NCBI GenBank assembly: GCA_965215265.1
Contig: OZ244048.1
Span: 4,032,001-4,096,000 of the forward strand
Origin: Candidatus Poribacteria bacterium
GTDB lineage: Bacteria > Poribacteria > WGA-4E > WGA-3G
Length of the DNA stretch: 64,000 nucleotides
Direction of reading: 5' to 3'
Part shown: positions 58,356 to 64,000 of the stretch, in pieces
How the letters are laid out: every line of letters starts with the position of its first letter
Numbering within the stretch: the first letter of the stretch is position 1
Made by a program: the position numbers and the translations under genes
Notes under the pieces: model-generated
Database searches by the model: none
The model's input: the letters and a program-made list of their open reading frames with translations, nothing else
What the model was told of the DNA's origin: nothing

Positions 58356-58835
58356 TTAGATTTCAAGAGCTGCCCCGGGGGCTGCCGGCTCCGTTGAGGT
58401 TTGCAATATCTGAATTATCGCATCGAGTGCGAGCGTGTAGCTATATGCCCCAAAACCGCCAATGACACCGACAGCAACGGCTGAAATATAGGAGTGGTGC
58501 CGAAACGGTTCCCGGGCGTAGATATTGGAAAGGTGGATCTCAATTGCAGGGAGCGCCACGGTGGAGAGTGCGTCGCGGATAGCGATGCTCGTGTGTGTAT
58601 ACGCTGCCGGATTGATTAAGATGCCGTCTGCCCAATTGATATGGTTGCCGATAATTGAGACAATCTCGCCTTCGTGATTAGATTGGAAGATTTTCAGTAC
58701 AATATCATGGGCTGAAGCAGCGGCTTGCCTATCCAGGGCAGTATTGATGTCTTCCAACGTTTGATGTCCATAAATTTCAGGTTGGCGTTTGCCTAATAGA
58801 TGCAGATTGGGGCCATGGATAACTAAAATATTCAT
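58356..58835 (-). CDS. aroQ: Type II 3-dehydroquinate dehydratase
   Basis: HGPNL.LLG.R.PEIYG, QSNHEG, INPAAYTHTS and EIHLSN motifs. Confidence 0.95.
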   Translation of the reverse strand: MNILVIHGPNLHLLGKRQPEIYGHQTLEDINTALDRQAAASAHDIVLKIFQSNHEGEIVSIIGNHINWADGILINPAAYTHTSIAIRDALSTVALPAIEIHLSNIYAREPFRHHSYISAVAVGVIGGFGAYSYTLALDAIIQILQTSTEPAAPGAALEI

Positions 58836-58877
58836 AAATTTACCACAAGATGGTTATGTGCTCTTAACTGTATACAA

Positions 58878-58907
58878 ATTATAAGTCCGGGCTCAGTTTG
58901 ATGTCAA
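58878..58907 (-). promoter_or_regulatory. sigma70 promoter for aroQ
   Basis: TTGACA-18 bp-TATAAT on the minus strand. Confidence 0.55.
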
Positions 58908-58920
58908 CGTTTTTTGAAAA

Positions 58921-59769
58921 TTAACCTATTTGCGGGTCGAGTGCATCGCGAAGTGCGTCACCGAGCAGGTTAAAGGCTAAAACGACAAGGAAAATGGCGA
59001 TGCCGGGGACGGCGACGGTAAGTGGTGCCCGTCTAATAAAATTTCGGTTCTCGTGGAGCATGGCCCCCCATTCAGGTTCTCCGATTTCTGCCCCGAGCCC
59101 GAGGAAACTGAGCCCTGCTGCATCTAAGATCGCCGCCCCGATACCGAGGGTTGCTTGCACAATCAGTGGGGCAATACAGTTCGGCAGCACTGTTGTGGTA
59201 AGGATGCGGAAGTCGCTGGCCCCAATCACCTTTGCAGCGATGACGTAGTCAAGCTGGCGCACCTTCAGTACAGCGGCCCGCAGGATTCGGGCGTACTGTG
59301 GGATATAGACGATAGAGACGGCAATAATTGCATTGGTGAGACTCTGCCCGAGAATCGTCATGATTACCATAGCAAGGAGAATACTGGGCATAACGAGCAT
59401 GATATCCATGATACGCATAATAAGGTTGTCAAACCAGCTGCCGTAGTAGCCTGCGATTGCCCCGAAAACAGTGCCAAAGCTGAGCGCAAAGGCAGTCGCT
59501 ATGAAACCGACCGTCAGGGAAATGCGGGTGCCGTAGACGATTCGGCTGAAGAGATCGCGCCCGACTCCATCAGTACCGAGGTAGTGTTCAGTGGAGCTCT
59601 GCTGTAACCGCTCAATTACGTTCGCCTGCCTCGGGTCGTGTGTAGCAATCAAAGGTGCCAAAATCGCTACGATAATAAAGAGTAGGATAATTGATGCCCC
59701 AATCATGGCAGATGGATGGTGCAATAATTTACGAAAGGCTTGGTGGGTAGTCATTGCAGTGTGGTTCAT
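58921..59769 (-). CDS. dppC: Dipeptide/oligopeptide ABC permease
   Basis: LGTD..GRDLFSR, LSFLGLG, PEWG and FNLLGDALRDALDP motifs. Confidence 0.85.
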   Translation of the reverse strand: MNHTAMTTHQAFRKLLHHPSAMIGASIILLFIIVAILAPLIATHDPRQANVIERLQQSSTEHYLGTDGVGRDLFSRIVYGTRISLTVGFIATAFALSFGTVFGAIAGYYGSWFDNLIMRIMDIMLVMPSILLAMVIMTILGQSLTNAIIAVSIVYIPQYARILRAAVLKVRQLDYVIAAKVIGASDFRILTTTVLPNCIAPLIVQATLGIGAAILDAAGLSFLGLGAEIGEPEWGAMLHENRNFIRRAPLTVAVPGIAIFLVVLAFNLLGDALRDALDPQIG

Positions 59770-60788
59770 GGGGTTTCCGCTCCGATACGGATACGTGGGT
59801 CAAAGTAGGCGTAAAGCAGGTCTACGGTGAGATTCACCAGCATAAATATGGTAGCGACAAAGAGGACACCCCCTTGTACAGGACGAATGTCGCGCGATTC
59901 GACAGCATCACGCAGCCATGAGCCGAGCCCTGGCCAAGAGAAGATGTATTCTGTCAAAATCGCACCGCCCATCAAGTAACCGAATTCAAGTCCGATGATG
60001 GTTAGGATAGGGACCATGCTATTTTTCATCGCATGTTTGCCAATGACCTGCCATCGCGGCAGCCCTTTCGCGTAGGCGGTAGTTATATAAGGTTGATTGA
60101 GTACTTCAAGGAGACTGGAGCGCGTCATCCGTGCAATAATTGCCAGCGGTATAGTACCGAGCGTAATTGCCGGGAGGATAAGATGTGCAATGGCGTTCCG
60201 AAAGGCGGTAAAGTTGGAGGCGAGGAGTGTGTCAATCAGGTAAAAGCCGGTGCGTCGTTGAATTTCTAAATCTAAAATTGCATCCAAACGTTGTGTACTG
60301 GGAAGGACGGGCCAGAGATAAGAAAAAAGTAGAACCAGCATTAACCCTAACCAAAAAATCGGCATGGAGATGCCTGCGAGGGATGTCGACATAGAGAAGT
60401 AGTCCCAAAACTTTCCGCGATACATCGCGGCGATGCACCCTGCAGTGATACCGAACAGAATTGAGAACGCCATGGCGGCAAGCGTTAATTCAACGGTTGC
60501 AGGAAAATAACGTTTGATTTCTTCAATAACGGGCTGCTTCGTTTTGAACGAACGTCCTAGGTCCAAGCGTGCAATATCCCATAGAAATTTCGCATATTGT
60601 TGATAAAGCGGTCTGTCAAGTCCTATCTCCTTTCGGAGTTCAGTGAGGGCTGCTTCCGTGGCACGCTCGCCCAAAATTGCGAGTGCAGCATCCCCCGGGA
60701 TGAGATGCACCATGAAAAAAACCAGGAGCGAGACACCTAAAAGCGAGACACCCATGGAGAGCAGACGACGGATTATATAAGCGAGCAA
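59766..60788 (-). CDS. dppB: Dipeptide/oligopeptide ABC permease
   Basis: YIIRRL, PATVEL, SMPIFWLG, TAYAKGL and DLLYAYFDPRI motifs; probable TTG start. Confidence 0.85.
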   Translation of the reverse strand: MLAYIIRRLLSMGVSLLGVSLLVFFMVHLIPGDAALAILGERATEAALTELRKEIGLDRPLYQQYAKFLWDIARLDLGRSFKTKQPVIEEIKRYFPATVELTLAAMAFSILFGITAGCIAAMYRGKFWDYFSMSTSLAGISMPIFWLGLMLVLLFSYLWPVLPSTQRLDAILDLEIQRRTGFYLIDTLLASNFTAFRNAIAHLILPAITLGTIPLAIIARMTRSSLLEVLNQPYITTAYAKGLPRWQVIGKHAMKNSMVPILTIIGLEFGYLMGGAILTEYIFSWPGLGSWLRDAVESRDIRPVQGGVLFVATIFMLVNLTVDLLYAYFDPRIRIGAETP

Positions 60789-60877
60789 TGACTCAAACCT
60801 CTTGTCGAGCAAAGCGTATAGGGCAAAGTTCACACACCTCAAAAAATAGAGAGACACGCACGGAACGCACCCTACAA

Positions 60878-61708
60878 TTAGAAAAATGGGTTATGTGCTT
60901 TCTCCTCACCAACGGTGGTAGGCGGTCCGTGACCGGGGAATAACCGGACATCATCTGCCAGGGAGAGAAGATGTTTGCGGACGCTGCTGATTTCATCGTC
61001 ATAAGAGATATTAGCCCCACCAACCGAACCTGCGAAAACAGCATCCCCGACGAATGCAACTGTTTGTGTCAGGAAGCTACACCCGCCGGTGGTATGCCCG
61101 GGCGTGCTGACGACAGTGAGCATCAGTCGTCCTACTGTCAGGACATCTGCATGTTCTACTTCTCTGATTTTGTCTCTGCTCGTCGGTTTGGGTTCGTTTT
61201 TGTGGATATAGGTTGGTGCACCGGTCAGCTCTTGGAGTTGGGTCAGGCCTTCGGCATGATCGTGATGTGCATGTGTCAAAAGAATCACTGTTGGATTGAC
61301 GTTACGTGCGTCCACTTGTTCAAGGATGAGCCCTGGATGCGCAGCCGTGTCAATAATCGCTGCTTCTTCAGTGGCTGTGCAGATTAAGAGGTAGGCGTTG
61401 ACGGGCCACCCCCCGACCGGTGCGCTCACCGTAATCACTTCAAAGCCTAGTCCTTGGTACGGAGATTCAACCGGATTCGGTTCCCAAGTCTCTGTCGCTA
61501 TATCCATCAATTTTGCAGCATTTAGGTTAAGCACTTCTGAGAGTTGAGTAACTTGTGATTCAGTCGGTTTTAAGGTATACTCTTCCATCTGGGAGAGTTG
61601 TGCTTCGGTGATTCCAGCAGCAGCGGCGGTTTGTGCCGGAGTGAGATGTTGGCCACGTCTCGCTTTGCCGATAATGTCACCAAATTCGTCTTCAAGTGCG
61701 TATGCCAT
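60878..61708 (-). CDS. MBL-fold metallo-hydrolase with N-terminal HTH domain
   Basis: LEDEFGDII.KARRG HTH; THAHHDH, TPGHT, GD and PGHG motifs. Confidence 0.85.
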   Translation of the reverse strand: MAYALEDEFGDIIGKARRGQHLTPAQTAAAAGITEAQLSQMEEYTLKPTESQVTQLSEVLNLNAAKLMDIATETWEPNPVESPYQGLGFEVITVSAPVGGWPVNAYLLICTATEEAAIIDTAAHPGLILEQVDARNVNPTVILLTHAHHDHAEGLTQLQELTGAPTYIHKNEPKPTSRDKIREVEHADVLTVGRLMLTVVSTPGHTTGGCSFLTQTVAFVGDAVFAGSVGGANISYDDEISSVRKHLLSLADDVRLFPGHGPPTTVGEEKAHNPFF

Positions 61709-61913
61709 AATTTTGAGACCTCTTTCGTGAAATTTGTCATATCCGGATAACCGGGACTTGAAAGTATAGACTGCGTATGGTAAAATTAAGTATAGCAGAA
61801 AATTAGAGAGAAAGCAATGCAAAAAAGGGCCGGACATGCCTCACCTGTCCCGGCACTTTCCGCGTAAGGCTTTCTTGTCGTCTCTTACAACTTTTTGAAT
61901 AAGGGGATATTTT

Positions 61914-62672
61914 ATGAAACTCGGTTTGGTAACGTATAATATGGCAAAAGATTGGGATGTTTCCACGCTCATTGAACGGTGTGTGGAGACGGGTTTTGAA
62001 GGCGTAGAATTGCGTACGACACATGCACATGGTGTGGAAGTGGGGTTATCCTCGAGCGAACGTGCTGCTGTTAAACAACTTTTCGCTGATTCGCCGATTG
62101 ACATTGCAGGCTTGGGTTCTGCATTTGACTATCACGCTGTAGACGCGGCAGTCGTTCGTCAGAATATAGAAGGAACGAAGCAATATTCTCAGCTAGCAGC
62201 AGATGTCGGGGCACCGGGGGTAAAGGTCCGGCCGAATGGACTTCCCGAAGGCGTCCCCGTCGAAAAGACGTTAGAACAAATTGGGCTCGCACTGCAGGAA
62301 TGTGCGGAGTACGCAGCAAACCTGGGCGTACAAATTCGCCTAGAGGTACACGGTGCTGGAACATCCGAGCTGCCACATATTCGTACGATTATTGATGTCG
62401 CGGCACATGAGAACGTTTATGTCTGCTGGAATTCTAACTTTGGAGAAGTGGAGAACGGTTCGATCGAGAGTAACTTCAATTTAGTAAAAGGCAAAATTGG
62501 CTTAGTCCATATCACTGAATTGCATCGGCGGGAGTACCCATGGCGAGAACTCTTCACGTTACTGAGAGGATCCGGCTATTCCGGCTACTGTCTCGCGGAA
62601 ATTGCCGGCAGTTCGGATCCGGTGCGTGTGATGAACTATTATCGGGCATTGTGGGAGCAGTTGGCGGCATGA
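61914..62672 (+). CDS. Sugar phosphate isomerase/epimerase (TIM barrel)
   Basis: GFEGVELRT.HAHGVE, LEVHG and WNSN motifs. Confidence 0.85.
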   Translation: MKLGLVTYNMAKDWDVSTLIERCVETGFEGVELRTTHAHGVEVGLSSSERAAVKQLFADSPIDIAGLGSAFDYHAVDAAVVRQNIEGTKQYSQLAADVGAPGVKVRPNGLPEGVPVEKTLEQIGLALQECAEYAANLGVQIRLEVHGAGTSELPHIRTIIDVAAHENVYVCWNSNFGEVENGSIESNFNLVKGKIGLVHITELHRREYPWRELFTLLRGSGYSGYCLAEIAGSSDPVRVMNYYRALWEQLAA

Positions 62673-64000
62673 AGAAGATCCTGTTTTCCAGTCTCTATTT
62701 AGCCGCGTCTCTACTCACTCAATTGGCTTTCGCCAATACAACAGACACTGTGACGCTCGAGAACGATGTGTGGCGTATTGACATTGCACCCCAATCGCTT
62801 GCCGTGATTGCACAGCCAAAAGGCAGCGCAGCGGTTCACGTTTCAAAAGGACAAGCAGGTTTGGGCAACGTTACCGCCCTTGTTCAACAGCGGAATCTTG
62901 CCACATGGAAACTGTCTGAAACTTCTCTGAGCGTCCGTGCTGAGTTAATAGAAGAGGTGCTCTCAATTGAATTCATTTCAGAGACCTCCGGCAATTTGAC
63001 GTGGCCGATGATTCAAAACACTCCGTCTCTTCGGGGTTACATTGTCCCTTTTTTTGAAGGAAGTTACGTTCCAACCGATGACGTGCTCTGGCAGGATTTC
63101 TTGCATCAACGAGGTGCTATCAGCACAACTGCGGGGCTCTCAATGCCTTTTTGGGGCTTAGATTTTGGCGAATGGACCTTAACGTATATTCTAACAAACC
63201 CTTTCAATAACCAATTGCAATTCAATAAAATGGCGGAATTAGGCTTAGGGATGCAGGTATCGCACGCATTCACCCCGAATTGGGCTCGGAAAACTTACGG
63301 CATGCGAATTGTGTTGGGTGCCGGAACCCCGGTTACGCCGGCGAAGCACTACCGGCAAGAGTTGATGGATAACTCAGCATTCGTCTCATTTTCAGAAAAA
63401 GTAGAGCGATTGCCAGCAGCCGAGAAACTACTGGGTGCCGCTCATATCTATCTCTGGGGTGGGCAGATGCTAAGCCGGTATGACGTAACCGACTGGAAGA
63501 CGTTTGCAGTAAAACTGCACAGTCGTGAAACCGTTGTCACACAACAGATTTGGAGCCGACTTAATGCTGATGTCCGGAAAACTGTTAAGGTACTTGTTCA
63601 ATCAGAACGCTCGCCGGTGTACGCACAACGCGTTCTCAGCGGTACCTTAAGTGAAATTCTTGAGGAACGGAGTTTCGCTCGGTGGTTTCAAGCAACGCTT
63701 GAAAATCTGGATACAGAAAAACAAGATGCCTCTATATGGAGTCAGAAACACCTTGAACCTGAAGTTGCCGCCTTACTCTCTCAAGACGTTTCATCACTCT
63801 CGCGCGTCGACGTATACCGTCTCAATAGTCTACTGCTATATGCTGTATTTGCTGAGCAGCTGCGCCATCCAGATGAATGGGGCGATGGTGTCTCTATTAA
63901 ACTGTTAGAGCAATTCGCAGAAAACGGCCTTGACCGGCTCTGGTTAGGTATGGATTCGTGGCTCGATGGATTCCGGCATCCGACGGCTGTCCGGAAGGCG
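62669..64000 (+). CDS. Secreted glycoside hydrolase, GH129/GH101-related (runs off the window; absent from the ORF track)
   Basis: ATGA overlap; MKKILFSSLYLAASLLTQLAFA signal peptide; PFFEGSYVP, SMPFWG and EKLLGAAHIYLWG motifs. Confidence 0.7.
   Translation, partial: MKKILFSSLYLAASLLTQLAFANTTDTVTLENDVWRIDIAPQSLAVIAQPKGSAAVHVSKGQAGLGNVTALVQQRNLATWKLSETSLSVRAELIEEVLSIEFISETSGNLTWPMIQNTPSLRGYIVPFFEGSYVPTDDVLWQDFLHQRGAISTTAGLSMPFWGLDFGEWTLTYILTNPFNNQLQFNKMAELGLGMQVSHAFTPNWARKTYGMRIVLGAGTPVTPAKHYRQELMDNSAFVSFSEKVERLPAAEKLLGAAHIYLWGGQMLSRYDVTDWKTFAVKLHSRETVVTQQIWSRLNADVRKTVKVLVQSERSPVYAQRVLSGTLSEILEERSFARWFQATLENLDTEKQDASIWSQKHLEPEVAALLSQDVSSLSRVDVYRLNSLLLYAVFAEQLRHPDEWGDGVSIKLLEQFAENGLDRLWLGMDSWLDGFRHPTAVRKA

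Overview
Bacterial chromosomal segment, mostly housekeeping, metabolic and transport genes. An archaeal-type phosphopantothenate synthetase, two DUF6785-like paralogues and many sugar-isomerase, heparinase-like and TPR genes suggest Candidatus Poribacteria (inference). It carries a selenocysteine-encoding selD (in-frame UGA plus SECIS-like hairpin), ymdB-xseA-xseB-dxs-tlyA followed by very large tamB and bamA/tamA genes, a nucleoside ABC transporter, korAB, dppBC and aroQ. A ~10 kb defence-like island encodes a PLD-SNF2 helicase, a small methyltransferase, a type IIG-like adenine MTase broken at a C8 tract, an FRG protein and a TPR protein. The most striking feature is non-coding: a family of ~161-bp dyad elements (5 full copies and several partial ones). 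Their arm sequences diverge and are mosaic, but the geometry is fixed: an outer motif TTTTYGTMTAY, an inner motif AAATCTCGTCNGAG 46 bp further in, and a central TTTAAA. The elements sit at gene junctions, supply stop codons and SD/start contexts, form tandem arm arrays and are translated in-frame inside tlyA. At least three further short palindromic families are inserted in-frame in tamB, bamA and an ABC permease, resembling Rickettsia palindromic elements. No transposase, Cas gene, tRNA or rRNA is visible in the window, but the left edge looks like an rrn leader. All annotations come from reading motifs by eye; no searches were run.
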